In this document: positions 51,593 through 61,757 of the stretch, in pieces
Layout of the letters: every line of letters starts with the position of its first letter
Numbering within the stretch: position 1 is the first letter of the stretch
Source of the DNA: Spirochaetota bacterium
GTDB taxonomy: Bacteria > Spirochaetota > UBA4802 > JAFGDQ01
Assembly: GCA_043803405.1 (NCBI GenBank)
Contig: JAZDKB010000020.1
Location: 32,001 to 96,000, forward strand
Reading direction: 5' to 3'
DNA length: 64,000 nt
Program-made: the position numbers and the translations under genes
The notes under the pieces: model-generated
Told to the model about the DNA's origin: nothing
Databases searched by the model: none
The model's input: the letters and a program-made list of their open reading frames with translations, nothing else

Positions 51593-53935
51593 TTAAATAT
51601 CCATTTGTAACCCTGCAAAGAATGTCCTCGGAGCACCGACATTGTATGTCAGAGACTGGTAATCCGTTGAGCTGTTCGATGCGTTTGAGCTTGCCACATA
51701 CTTTTCGTTAAGCACATTTGTTACCGAAAACTTCAAAGCAATATTCTGGCTGTCAGAAGTTTTTATTTTCCAGTTCATATCCAGATCAACCACGAAAAAC
51801 TGATCCATGCTGTAATGGTTTTCAACATCTGCATAACGTTTGCCGATATAACGAGCAGTAGGACCGACCGTCAGCCCACCTACCTGCCAGTTAACGCTTA
51901 AATTACTGACAAAGTGAGGCACTTCAGGCAACTCGTTGCCTTTAGAATCGATTGTAGTATTTCCCGCAGCTTTAAGATCTTCGGTGAATTCATATTGATT
52001 ATAAGCGAAGGCTAATTTTGCATTTAATCCGCGGATAAATGTATACCCAGCTCCGATTTCCATACCATATCCCTGCGCTGTGGCGTTAGTCTGCTGATAA
52101 CTCATGTTAAGATCAGGATCGTAGAAACTTCCTCCAACGTTTCTCATATAGGAATAATATAAAGTAGATTCAATAGTGCAATCACCGAATGCCATATTAG
52201 TCCCAAGGTCGAAATTATCGGAAACTTCCGGCTTTCTTTTATTGGAATATAAATCTTGCATTTTTTCCTGTGCGGCTTGTGGTGTATATCCCTTAGTTGT
52301 TGTTAGTGTATTATATAATGAATCGAATTGATTTGGAAGTCCGCCCGGATTATCATAATTACGGCCATATATCAGTTTAAAGCTTAGCTTATCAAAAACC
52401 TGGTATGTTGTTCCTGCATTTGGCAGCCAAATATCATATTTCGAGCCATTTAAATGATATTTCTTTTCAGTAGACCGATCAATGGCATCAGAATAGCTTA
52501 TATCCCAGTCAGAAGTATTCGTATTAGATGTCTTATAACTATCATAATCCGATTCTTTAACGTGATGGTATCTAAGACCGGCATTAACTGTTAAAGGGCC
52601 AAAGCTCCTGTCTCCAGCAATATATGGGCTATTGTACTGGGCAGTACTTGCCTTTATCAGCGTAGACCAGCTGTTAAATTCCAATCTGCCTGTAGTAGAA
52701 TTAAAAGTTCGTTTTTTTTGAGCAACATTTGGCCCTGGTGGCAAACTCTCCGCATACCAGTAGCCTGCTTTTATTTGTCCGTCGGTTATCTGCTGTTGGT
52801 ACTCAAGTATTCCTCCGTAACAATAATGATCAGCAAGATTTTCCGTGACATAGTAGCTGCTGCCGGATTTTGAGCCTCCGTAACTGAATCCTTTCTCATT
52901 TAAGTAATACGGTTTTAATGTCAGGCTCGATTCGCCGAGAAAAGGCAAAGGTGTTTTTATTTTGCCGATAAATGCACTGGTTGAAAAACGCTGCCGGTTA
53001 TAATCATAATAATTATAATCATGTGAAGAGTCCCCGGTTAATGTGTTATAATAGTCGTTCTTATAATTATTTGAAAGATGCTTTGATTCATTATAACTCA
53101 GAGGTTTATAGAGATGTTGCACATCGTCATTATAGAAGCTGTTAAGTTCCCACTCTATTGGCTGTCCGGCAGTGCTCGCAATGCCACAGGCAAAATTTTT
53201 ACGTCCATCCGGAGAGTTGCCTTCGCCTTTCCACTTATCAGCATCCGTAAATGATCCGGAAACGAATACCCTGGCAACATTTCCCACATTCCCGGAATCT
53301 ACTCTTGCGTAACTGCGGCTAAAATCATTAGTACCGAATATCTGTTTACCAGTCGCATGTAATTCATCTGACGGTTTTTTTAAATACATCTCAAACACGC
53401 CAAAATTATTGCCTGATCCGAAACCGCTGTCCGCAGGTACCGGTCCTTTTATTACGGTAATTGAATCGATATTTTCAAGATCGATTATAGTGCTTAATCC
53501 GGTACCCGGGCCGCGTTGTTTAATGGGAAGGCCTTCAATACCCTCACCGTCATTACTAAAACCTTTGCCGCGGATACGATGTGAAACATTCAATCCTATT
53601 GCGTCCAATGTTCTCACGTCTACGCCAGGTACAGTAGATATCGCTTTGTATGGACTTATCTGTGCCGCACCGCCCTGAACATCGATTGTGGATTTATCGA
53701 CTGTCTTTTTTGTTGCCGACTCTTTCTGAGACTTCACTACCACTTCCGGGAGCGTCATTGCTTCATTACTTTTGTTTTTCTCGGTATCAGCTTTTTTTTC
53801 TGCATCTGCCGCTGCCTCTTTTTTATTGATATCTTTACCCGCATCCTGAGCATTGACTTCTTTGAAAAGTATTGTGCCGGATAGTAAATATAAAATTATT
53901 ATTATTCTGTTGATTATGCTGTATTTGTTTTTCAT
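51593..53935 (-). CDS. TonB-dependent receptor 2
   Basis: Signal peptide, TonB-box-like TLPEVVV, plug motifs IRG, EGLPI and KGP, barrel strands, NVLNEKY..GAPRTFFAG. Confidence 0.9.
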   Translation of the reverse strand: MKNKYSIINRIIIILYLLSGTILFKEVNAQDAGKDINKKEAAADAEKKADTEKNKSNEAMTLPEVVVKSQKESATKKTVDKSTIDVQGGAAQISPYKAISTVPGVDVRTLDAIGLNVSHRIRGKGFSNDGEGIEGLPIKQRGPGTGLSTIIDLENIDSITVIKGPVPADSGFGSGNNFGVFEMYLKKPSDELHATGKQIFGTNDFSRSYARVDSGNVGNVARVFVSGSFTDADKWKGEGNSPDGRKNFACGIASTAGQPIEWELNSFYNDDVQHLYKPLSYNESKHLSNNYKNDYYNTLTGDSSHDYNYYDYNRQRFSTSAFIGKIKTPLPFLGESSLTLKPYYLNEKGFSYGGSKSGSSYYVTENLADHYCYGGILEYQQQITDGQIKAGYWYAESLPPGPNVAQKKRTFNSTTGRLEFNSWSTLIKASTAQYNSPYIAGDRSFGPLTVNAGLRYHHVKESDYDSYKTSNTNTSDWDISYSDAIDRSTEKKYHLNGSKYDIWLPNAGTTYQVFDKLSFKLIYGRNYDNPGGLPNQFDSLYNTLTTTKGYTPQAAQEKMQDLYSNKRKPEVSDNFDLGTNMAFGDCTIESTLYYSYMRNVGGSFYDPDLNMSYQQTNATAQGYGMEIGAGYTFIRGLNAKLAFAYNQYEFTEDLKAAGNTTIDSKGNELPEVPHFVSNLSVNWQVGGLTVGPTARYIGKRYADVENHYSMDQFFVVDLDMNWKIKTSDSQNIALKFSVTNVLNEKYVASSNASNSSTDYQSLTYNVGAPRTFFAGLQMDI

Positions 53936-54120
53936 GGTGTCTTTTCCTAAAGATGTAAGAAATTTATTTAATATTCTTTTGACATTATCTCGGATGATGG
54001 AGACTTTCCGGGATTCTTTACTAACGAAAATGAATTTCGTAGTTATTATTACATTGTGCTTTTATCTTCGCTGATACCCATAGGCAGCCTCCTTTATACA
54101 TGTATTACTAAAAAAATAGA

Positions 54121-54144
54121 CGCTATGTCTAAAAAAACATAACG
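54121..54144 (-). promoter_or_regulatory. ModE-type box 7 (upstream of TBDR2-ABC-nifHDK-like operon)
   Basis: CGCTATGT-N8-ACATAACG. TGTCAA 9 bp away at 54154-54159. Confidence 0.85.
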
Positions 54145-54229
54145 TCTATTTCCTGTCAAGAGTTTTTAAAAAATTTCTTAACTCTGTTAATCCAAAATCA
54201 AATATAAATTTTTTATTTAAAAAAGCATT

Positions 54230-55279
54230 CTAATCGACATTTTTAATATTTTTTAAATCGCCTATATTGCGGAAATATTTTACCATATCAAAGTCAATTC
54301 GTTTGCCTGATCGTATTCTGTCTCTTAAATCTGCCATGTGCGCGTCAATCAACTGGAGTTCTCTCAAATTTTTACGTTCCAGGCTGTTTGTCTCAACGAC
54401 TGAATCTATCCCTCCGTTTTTAATGACTATTCTTCTGTCTCCCATGAGCGCCAAAATCGGATCATGTGTCGACATGAGGACGATCTTTTCTTCTCTTACA
54501 AGGAGGTCGAGGGCTTTCCTCCGATCAACGCCGGCGTTTTCTATTTCATCAATGACTACGATCGGCAGCGGGCTTAGTAGCGCCGTATCGGCAACCATGA
54601 GCGCCCTCGACTGGCCGCCCGAGAGCTGCGTTACCGGAGTACTCATCCCGAAAGGTTCACCCGCAAGTTCATTGGCGCATGTAACAATTTTTTGCACTGT
54701 TGTTCCTATTTCGCTTATCATTCTGCTTTCTGCATGCATGGTGATAAATTCCGCGACTGTGAGGTCAACCACAAAGTTCATGTTTTGCGAAAGCTGAGCG
54801 ACTAGCTTATTCTCAATCGAAAAACGCTTCTCGCTATCCGGAATACTGTCATTAATGAGTATCTGCCTGCCAGTGGGTGTATCCCTCTGAGCCAGACATT
54901 CTATATCGGCAAGGAGCCTGCTTTTACCCGATCCTGTAGGCCCGACAACGCAGACTATTTCACCTGGCCTGAACGCGAGAGTTATATCCTCTTTCTCGCC
55001 GTTTTTGTTGCGGCCTCCTATTATAGTGAGAGAGTGCACCTGCCTCTGCGGAGCGTCCTTCAGATCACTCATTTTCCGGATGAATACCGCGAAATGCTGC
55101 AGCATCTGCTCGCGGTCAATGCCGCAATCTTCGATGAACACGTCTGTTAATCCTGAAATAAATTCAGCAACAGACAGATGTCCTGCGATTTCCTTTAATC
55201 CAAATGAGAAAAAAAATTCCTTCGCGTATGGATGAGACTGCATCAGTGTATCTATTGGAGTAGATAATAATTCGTTCAT
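54230..55279 (-). CDS. Soluble ABC-type ATPase with extra N-terminal domain
   Basis: GPTGSGKS, LSGGQSRALM, IDEIEN, STHD. No permease in its unit. Confidence 0.8.
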   Translation of the reverse strand: MNELLSTPIDTLMQSHPYAKEFFFSFGLKEIAGHLSVAEFISGLTDVFIEDCGIDREQMLQHFAVFIRKMSDLKDAPQRQVHSLTIIGGRNKNGEKEDITLAFRPGEIVCVVGPTGSGKSRLLADIECLAQRDTPTGRQILINDSIPDSEKRFSIENKLVAQLSQNMNFVVDLTVAEFITMHAESRMISEIGTTVQKIVTCANELAGEPFGMSTPVTQLSGGQSRALMVADTALLSPLPIVVIDEIENAGVDRRKALDLLVREEKIVLMSTHDPILALMGDRRIVIKNGGIDSVVETNSLERKNLRELQLIDAHMADLRDRIRSGKRIDFDMVKYFRNIGDLKNIKNVD

Positions 55280-55283
55280 GTCA

Positions 55284-55979
55284 TTACTCCGATTGCCAAT
55301 TCATCTTTTTAACATATCCCCGCTGGTACTCCTTTCCTATCTTTGTTTCGCCGAGACAATAAGAGCACATCGCTGCCGGCATGGAAAACCGGAGGCGCCG
55401 TCCTTCGAGCTTATCTAAAGCAGGGGCAGTCTCGAGCATAACTCCCAGATCGTAAGCTCCCTGTCCCGTTATGCCATTTATGTTCATTATTGCAGCGCGG
55501 GGATTTGCCTGTTTTACTCTGAAAGTAAATATCTCGCGTTCGGCCTGTGAAACAATATCACCCTTTGTAATGACGACAATATCTGCCAGCTTTAACATCG
55601 GCCCAATTTTTTTTGGCGTATTAATTCCCGAAAGATTATCAATAACACATATCGCTAGAGCATCCTTTATGTGAGGGGCGCAGCGGTTGCACAGGCCGGC
55701 GCTTTCTATGATTAGAACGTCTATATCCTTTTGCACACCCCACTGCAGGCATTCCTCTATATTACTTATAAAAAAATGATCGGGACATAGAGTGCCGGAC
55801 AGTCCGACCTTTACCGGGATTTGGTACTTTTCATAAGCCTGATCGTCATAAGTAATTGTACAGTCGAACTTGATTACGCCTGTCTTAAGCCCCTTTGTTT
55901 TTAAATAGCCTGCTGCCTTTATAATCACAGATGTCTTTCCCGATGATGGCGGCCCTGCAACAGTGACAAGCCGTATCAT
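55284..55979 (-). CDS. HypB/UreG/CobW-family GTPase
   Basis: GPPSSGKT, LCPDH, IESAGLCNRC, ITKGD, C-terminal CSYC. Confidence 0.85.
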   Translation of the reverse strand: MIRLVTVAGPPSSGKTSVIIKAAGYLKTKGLKTGVIKFDCTITYDDQAYEKYQIPVKVGLSGTLCPDHFFISNIEECLQWGVQKDIDVLIIESAGLCNRCAPHIKDALAICVIDNLSGINTPKKIGPMLKLADIVVITKGDIVSQAEREIFTFRVKQANPRAAIMNINGITGQGAYDLGVMLETAPALDKLEGRRLRFSMPAAMCSYCLGETKIGKEYQRGYVKKMNWQSE

Positions 55980-57022
55980 ACCCTGCCTCCTTTACCGGAT
56001 TTCCGCCATTCTGAAATGAACACGCTGTGCGCGTAATCCCTTAATTCTGCCGGGTCATGAAATTTAATATAATCCCATCCCAACCATTTAAAGTTCGCAC
56101 CTTCCGGTAGGTTGTTATCCACGTAAGGATTGAGAGAAGGAAAGCATGACAACGCGCATTGTCTTCCCAGTTTAACACCTGTGACATAGTCAATAATGGC
56201 TGCCATTTCTTTTACTTTGGACTCTTTTACGAGAAGGTAAAGCGGACTTGAACAAGCACCGTCTTCCGGCCAGACCATAGAAACTGTTTCGGTCCTGGGA
56301 CAGCAGGAGGCGAAAAACCAGGGTAATATATAGACTGCTGCCCCGCAGGGATTAGCTGTCCCTGCTATTCTGGCCATTTCGGCAGCGTGATATGACTCTT
56401 TTACATTGGTGGCAAGCCGGGTAAGGCCGTTCTCACCGTATTCCTTGTATAAATAAAGCAAAGGTACATCTGCTACTTCATCTTCGTTGCCGCCACAGAT
56501 AATTATATTATCCCGGAATCGAGGCTCAAGGAGGTCGCACCACTGCTTCGGCAATGGGATATTGCCTAGTCTTTGTTTATCAACGAGCAAGAGGTAAGGC
56601 ATCACACCGTATACTGTATAGTATCCATCGGGATCCCGGAATCCAGCTTTCTCAAAAGGCTCGTTTAGACAGTCTTTCCATACACTGGTGAAGCAGCCCT
56701 TGGCAACAAATCTATCGACGAATTTCTTCCTGAAAAAGTCGCCAAATCCCATCGATGCTATAACATCCGGCAAATCATTAATATCCGTACTTTTCCATAT
56801 ATCATCATATATCCCCTCGCTCCCGCAACCCATTGGAACGAAGCTTTTTAGCCGGTTCCCGGATTCTATCTTATACGCACCCAGCGCACTGTCGAGGCCT
56901 TCTTTAAAAGTAGGCTTAACAGCACAGGGCGCATAGGCGAGAAAATTCAAATGATCGACGAATTCCTGCCCGGCTTGTTTTTCGTTTGATTCAAACTTTA
57001 TACCGATATCCAATTTATTCAT
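55976..57022 (-). CDS. SBP-fold protein without signal peptide, paralogue A (Cys-bearing)
   Basis: APCAVK, PMGCG, LPD..SMGF, P..W.DLL, WPEDGA..SP, FKWLGWDYI. Confidence 0.7.
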   Translation of the reverse strand: MNKLDIGIKFESNEKQAGQEFVDHLNFLAYAPCAVKPTFKEGLDSALGAYKIESGNRLKSFVPMGCGSEGIYDDIWKSTDINDLPDVIASMGFGDFFRKKFVDRFVAKGCFTSVWKDCLNEPFEKAGFRDPDGYYTVYGVMPYLLLVDKQRLGNIPLPKQWCDLLEPRFRDNIIICGGNEDEVADVPLLYLYKEYGENGLTRLATNVKESYHAAEMARIAGTANPCGAAVYILPWFFASCCPRTETVSMVWPEDGACSSPLYLLVKESKVKEMAAIIDYVTGVKLGRQCALSCFPSLNPYVDNNLPEGANFKWLGWDYIKFHDPAELRDYAHSVFISEWRKSGKGGRV

Positions 57023-58112
57023 TGGGATTCCTCCTTATCCTGGATATTTTTCCGAAATCGCACCCGATATTTTTATACTCTTCGCCATAATGTTTAGTAT
57101 CCTTCCATTTAAACATAAATAATGCGTGTGAATACTCTCTTAATTCTGCAGTATCATGTGATTGAATATAATCCCAGCCCAACCACTTAAATGTGGCGCC
57201 CTCCGGCAGCGAATTATCAACGCCGGGATGTAGTACAGGCAAACAAAATTGAGCACTCTTTGCGCCCAATTCAAAACTTGTTATATATTGAACAATTGCT
57301 TTCATCTCCTTTGCCTTCGACTCCTTCACTAAAATATAAAGAGGACTTGTAAAAGCTCCGTCTTCAGGCCAAACTACGGAGACGCTTTTGGTTTTTACAC
57401 AGGAGTTGGCAAAAAACCATGAGAGAATATAGACTGCAGCACCTTCCGTGCTGTCGGAACCGGCCTCCCTGGCAATCCGGGCTGCCGGCCATATTGCCTT
57501 GATGTTCCTTGCAAGCCGTGTAATGCCTTCCTCTCCCATTTCTTTGTAAATGTAGAGCAAAGGTACATTTGCCGCTCCATTACCTGACTGGCTGATGATT
57601 ACTTTGTTGCGAAACTGAGGCGTCAGCAGATCCTTCCATTGCCTCGGCATCTGGAGATCGCCAAGCCTTTTCCTGTCAACGAGCATTACGAAAGGTACGA
57701 CGGAGTATGCGGTGTACCATCCGCGGGGATCAATGAAACCTGCCTTTTCAAAAACACTGCTTACTGGTCTGTCCCACCCGCTCTTAAAACATCCTTTCTT
57801 TACAAATTTTTCAACGAACTCTTTTCTGACAAAATCTCCAAATCCCATTGCTGCGACAACATCAGGAAAACAATCAATATTAGACGTCTTCCAGATATCC
57901 TCATACTTATCGTTACCATGGTTAGGCCATTCCATAGGGCCATATATTTTCAGGTCATGACCGGTCTCGTTGCGGTATATCCGCGCCACATTATCAAAAC
58001 CTTCTTTGAAAGTGCGTTTGAAAATGCCGGGTGCGTAAATAAGAAAATTCAGATGCTCCCTTTCCTGTTCTTTTTCTGCCCTATTAAATGGAGAATGCTT
58101 TATACTGTTCAT
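57015..58112 (-). CDS. SBP-fold protein without signal peptide, paralogue B
   Basis: Collinear with 55976-57022 (HLNFL, DIWK, MGFGDF, WPEDGA, FKWLGWDYI). APGIFK and PMEWP replace the Cys motifs. Confidence 0.7.
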   Translation of the reverse strand: MNSIKHSPFNRAEKEQEREHLNFLIYAPGIFKRTFKEGFDNVARIYRNETGHDLKIYGPMEWPNHGNDKYEDIWKTSNIDCFPDVVAAMGFGDFVRKEFVEKFVKKGCFKSGWDRPVSSVFEKAGFIDPRGWYTAYSVVPFVMLVDRKRLGDLQMPRQWKDLLTPQFRNKVIISQSGNGAANVPLLYIYKEMGEEGITRLARNIKAIWPAARIAREAGSDSTEGAAVYILSWFFANSCVKTKSVSVVWPEDGAFTSPLYILVKESKAKEMKAIVQYITSFELGAKSAQFCLPVLHPGVDNSLPEGATFKWLGWDYIQSHDTAELREYSHALFMFKWKDTKHYGEEYKNIGCDFGKISRIRRNPNE

Positions 58113-58186
58113 TACTCATTGCCTTTGATGATCATTGTCACTCATAACGGATATTCCGAATTAACCTTCATTTTGTTTTAACCTAA

Positions 58187-59236
58187 TCACTGTATGTTTT
58201 GTGTAAGTATTTCGCTAATCTGCATATCTGTTAGCTGATATCCGAAAAACTTGTGATAAAAGTACTTCATCTCATCCGCGATGTTGAGACCTTCAAAACG
58301 ATCAGGATAGAGAAGCTTGGCCAGCCAGAGTATAGATATGGCTTGTTCCGGAGTAAAATTTGTCCATGGATGAGCTCCAACAGGCACAACATACACTTTT
58401 TGGTTCTTAACTGCCTTCAGTTGTGAGTAGCACTTCTCATGATAGATATGCTTAACCTCGGCAGGTCCACCAACCAGAAGAATATCCGGGTCCCATGTGA
58501 TGAGACGTTCCAAAGAGAATGCCGAATACTCAGGAATCATGCCTGTGGCTCCATATCTGCCACCCGCCAGCATAATAAGATGACTTGCAGTTGATGCCAT
58601 TGGCAATGCCATGGGATTTATTCGAATGTAAAGAACACGTGGCCGTTTCTCCTCAGATATTGCTGCGACCTGAGCGGACACTCTCAACAGGACATTTTGA
58701 TAGTATTCCTCGAATTCCTTAGCTTTGTCACGCTGGTTAAAAATTTCTCCCATAAGTGCTATTGTTTTTCTAACGCATTCAGTATCTCTCCAGTTCAGAG
58801 AAATAACAGTGAAACCTCTTTTCTCCAACATGCGGGCAGTCGATTCACTGTCTACAAAGATCAAATCATGCGGCAGGGTTGCGAGCACCTCCAGATTAGG
58901 CGTCCATACAGATGCAGCGCTGGCGGAAACCACTGGTTGATTAACCAGCGAAGGAGCAAATACTGTCTGGTATTTCCAGCGGTTATCGTGCATCGTCATC
59001 GTCAACGGAAGCCCATTCTTAATAGTCGCTCCTTTGCCTATGGCAAAAATAAATGCGTTTACGGCAGGGGTTCCCCCTGCCGTTATTACTCTTCGCACCT
59101 CCCGCGGGATCAACACTCTTCTTCCAGCCATATCAATTACAAACCTGCCCGAATCTTCAGAAGAACGAGCCGGTGCCGGTGAAAGACAAAATAATAAACA
59201 AAATATTAAAAAGAATGTTGCATCTCTATATCTCAC
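58187..59236 (-). CDS. Metal-chelate ABC substrate-binding protein
   Basis: Signal peptide, IDMAGRRV.IP, SLERLITWDPDIL, LKAVKNQKVYVVP. GTG start. Confidence 0.85.
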   Translation of the reverse strand: MRYRDATFFLIFCLLFCLSPAPARSSEDSGRFVIDMAGRRVLIPREVRRVITAGGTPAVNAFIFAIGKGATIKNGLPLTMTMHDNRWKYQTVFAPSLVNQPVVSASAASVWTPNLEVLATLPHDLIFVDSESTARMLEKRGFTVISLNWRDTECVRKTIALMGEIFNQRDKAKEFEEYYQNVLLRVSAQVAAISEEKRPRVLYIRINPMALPMASTASHLIMLAGGRYGATGMIPEYSAFSLERLITWDPDILLVGGPAEVKHIYHEKCYSQLKAVKNQKVYVVPVGAHPWTNFTPEQAISILWLAKLLYPDRFEGLNIADEMKYFYHKFFGYQLTDMQISEILTQNIQ

Positions 59237-59244
59237 AAGAACTC

Positions 59245-61599
59245 CTAAATTCTGATTTTAGCGCCTCCGATGATAGTGAAAGGTGCGCCAGGCATATAAT
59301 CAATACCCGATGCCTGCCTTGGCGAATCTTGCCAGTTATGTATAATGCTGATATATTTTTTATTAAACAGATTAACAAAGTTCAGGTAAAAAGTCACTTC
59401 CTCAAACCTCCATATATTATTCATAATGTAGCTGAAGTTTAAGTCCACCAGTGTATAGGCGTCAACCTTCTCCTTGTTCTCACAATCGCTATAGCGTTTT
59501 CCCAAATAACGAATTAACGGACTGACACTAAATCCTCGGATTGTATACTTTATACCTATCTTTCCCATTAATTCCGGAACGTCGGATACTTGCTTCCCCT
59601 TACAATCAATAGTTGCACCGCCAGTAGTTGTTATATTTTCTCTGAAGGTTACTCTGTTATACGATACGGAACCAAAGGTGGTAAATCCACTGACAGGAGT
59701 GACACCTGCTTCAACTTCTGCGCCCTTTGATTCGGCTTTGGCTTTGTTCTGGTAATAAGCGAGCCCGACCACAGGATCAAAGACATCCGGCACCTGCTTA
59801 TTGTAGATGCGGCTATAAAACAGAGTAGGCGCAAGATACCATGTCCCTGAGTGATAGCTGATCCCCAGGTCAAAGTTGTTTGACGTCTCTAGTTTCATAT
59901 CATCCCAAAGATCCTGAAGTGATATTCCTGCGTTTCGAAATTTAGAATTAGGATCTGATTTAATATAATCGCTGTAATAAGTAGAGTAAATTCCCCCTAA
60001 CCATGGCGAGGCATAGTTTCTTCCATAAGTTAGACGGGTATTGATCTGCTGGTTGATTTCATAATTAAGTCCGGCATAGGGAAGCCACGCATCCATGTTT
60101 TTACTTTTTGCGTGCATACCATCTATGGGTGTTGTATAGTTGAATACATCATCGTAGGAAACGTCCGGTACACCTGCTGTTTTATATCCTGTTACGCTTG
60201 GCAAACTAATCCGGATATACTTAATGCCGGTATCAACACGCAAATTACCCAGGCGGTTGTTAAGCATCAGATATGGCGAATGAGATTCCCGGTTGCCGAC
60301 TTTAGTAATGTACTGCCAGCTGTTAAACGTAAGGTTGTGGTCAGTAGTATTAATGTCATACTTTTTCTGATCTTTTGAAGGGGGCATGGTATCCATACTC
60401 TGATACCAATATCCAACCTTCGCTAAAGTTGGCCCAATATTTATTCCGTATTCCGAAAGAAAACCATATTGTTCCTGCTCAATGTTGTTACGTTGAATAG
60501 TATTATCAGTAGTACCGGAACTGTTATAACTGAGCCGATAGCCGTCTGCCAAATAATAATAAGGCTTGAATGTCAGGTAACTGTCCTTTGTAGGTTTGTA
60601 TTCCATCAAGAGCATACCTAAGTATTCATCAAACTTTTGACGATTGAAATTGTAATAGTATTTGTCTTGCAAAGAATTACCGGTAAGGTTTGCATTGAAA
60701 TCATACCCTCTATAATATGACTTATCCTGTGTCTGGAGATAAGACAACGGCCGATAGGCATGCTGCTCTAAAGTGTTGTATGCTCCAAAAAATGAAATTT
60801 TTATATCTGCAGGGAGTGTTTGACTAATTCCGATAGTGCCATTATTCCGTTTGCCGGTTCCGGGTCCGCGCCATTTGTCTGTTTCTGTGGTAGATCCTGA
60901 AACAAAAAGGCGGGTTTTAGTCGGTAGTTCGCCTGAATCGACACGCCCAAAAGATCGATCGAAGCGGTTCGATCCCCAACTCTGATTAAAAATGATCGGA
61001 GAATTGGAAGAAGGCTGCATAAATGACTGATCCGTAGCTCCGGCAAAATTGCCAAACCCAAATCCTTTGTCAGGAGGCACTGGTCCGCGGATCAGTGATA
61101 TCTGTGAAATATCATCAAGGTCGATTGGACTGCCGAAAAACCCCGAACCGACATTTGCGCCTATGGGAAGGCCTTCTATCGTGCGGGATGATTTGCTAAA
61201 TGTGTCCCCGTACTGCCCTCTGATCCGAACATTATTCTGGTCATTTAATAAACCGACAGCATCGGAACTCTCACTGTGAACCGATGGCAGCATGTCAAGG
61301 GCCTTGAAAGGATTTTTCTGGGCAGCACCTGCCAGCTGGTCTATCATATCCTTGTCCACTGTACTCTGTGTATGCGTCTGTGCCGCATCCTCTTTGCGCA
61401 ATCGTGTCCCTTTGATAATTATCTCGGTAACTTTATCTGTTTTTGCTTTCTCTTCTTCTGAATCATTCTTGATTTCAGTTTTTACATCAGTTTTAACTGT
61501 TTCCGCAGGGTGTTCCAGTTGAGCCTGCGCGCTCAGATTTATTTGAGAAATAGATATAATGACAATACAGCAAAACAAGAATATTAAAAATCTTTTCAT
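59245..61599 (-). CDS. TonB-dependent receptor 3 (paralogue of receptor 2)
   Basis: GAAQ.NPFKA, IRG, EGLPI, RGPVP.D.GFG.GN and FVSGS.T..DKW.G are shared with 51593-53935. NLFNKKY..GAP. Confidence 0.9.
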   Translation of the reverse strand: MKRFLIFLFCCIVIISISQINLSAQAQLEHPAETVKTDVKTEIKNDSEEEKAKTDKVTEIIIKGTRLRKEDAAQTHTQSTVDKDMIDQLAGAAQKNPFKALDMLPSVHSESSDAVGLLNDQNNVRIRGQYGDTFSKSSRTIEGLPIGANVGSGFFGSPIDLDDISQISLIRGPVPPDKGFGFGNFAGATDQSFMQPSSNSPIIFNQSWGSNRFDRSFGRVDSGELPTKTRLFVSGSTTETDKWRGPGTGKRNNGTIGISQTLPADIKISFFGAYNTLEQHAYRPLSYLQTQDKSYYRGYDFNANLTGNSLQDKYYYNFNRQKFDEYLGMLLMEYKPTKDSYLTFKPYYYLADGYRLSYNSSGTTDNTIQRNNIEQEQYGFLSEYGINIGPTLAKVGYWYQSMDTMPPSKDQKKYDINTTDHNLTFNSWQYITKVGNRESHSPYLMLNNRLGNLRVDTGIKYIRISLPSVTGYKTAGVPDVSYDDVFNYTTPIDGMHAKSKNMDAWLPYAGLNYEINQQINTRLTYGRNYASPWLGGIYSTYYSDYIKSDPNSKFRNAGISLQDLWDDMKLETSNNFDLGISYHSGTWYLAPTLFYSRIYNKQVPDVFDPVVGLAYYQNKAKAESKGAEVEAGVTPVSGFTTFGSVSYNRVTFRENITTTGGATIDCKGKQVSDVPELMGKIGIKYTIRGFSVSPLIRYLGKRYSDCENKEKVDAYTLVDLNFSYIMNNIWRFEEVTFYLNFVNLFNKKYISIIHNWQDSPRQASGIDYMPGAPFTIIGGAKIRI

Positions 61600-61629
61600 A
61601 AAAAACCTCCTAAAATGTTAGCAATCTTT

Positions 61630-61653
61630 CTATATGTCAATAAAAACATAACG
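61630..61653 (-). promoter_or_regulatory. ModE-type box 8 (upstream of TBDR3 operon)
   Basis: CTATATGT-N8-ACATAACG. TGTCAA 8 bp away at 61662-61667. Confidence 0.8.
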
Positions 61654-61757
61654 CATATTTCTGTCAATGGTTTTTAAATTCTTATACTTTCACTGAGTAT
61701 TTAATTTGTAATTGGAAGATTTAAAACAACAGCAGGTTAAATTACTTTTTAAATTTT

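Noticed and set aside
58125..58150. Tenth ModE box before the SBP-fold paralogues
   Set aside because: Only a CATAACG half-site, with no matching left arm or TTGACA.
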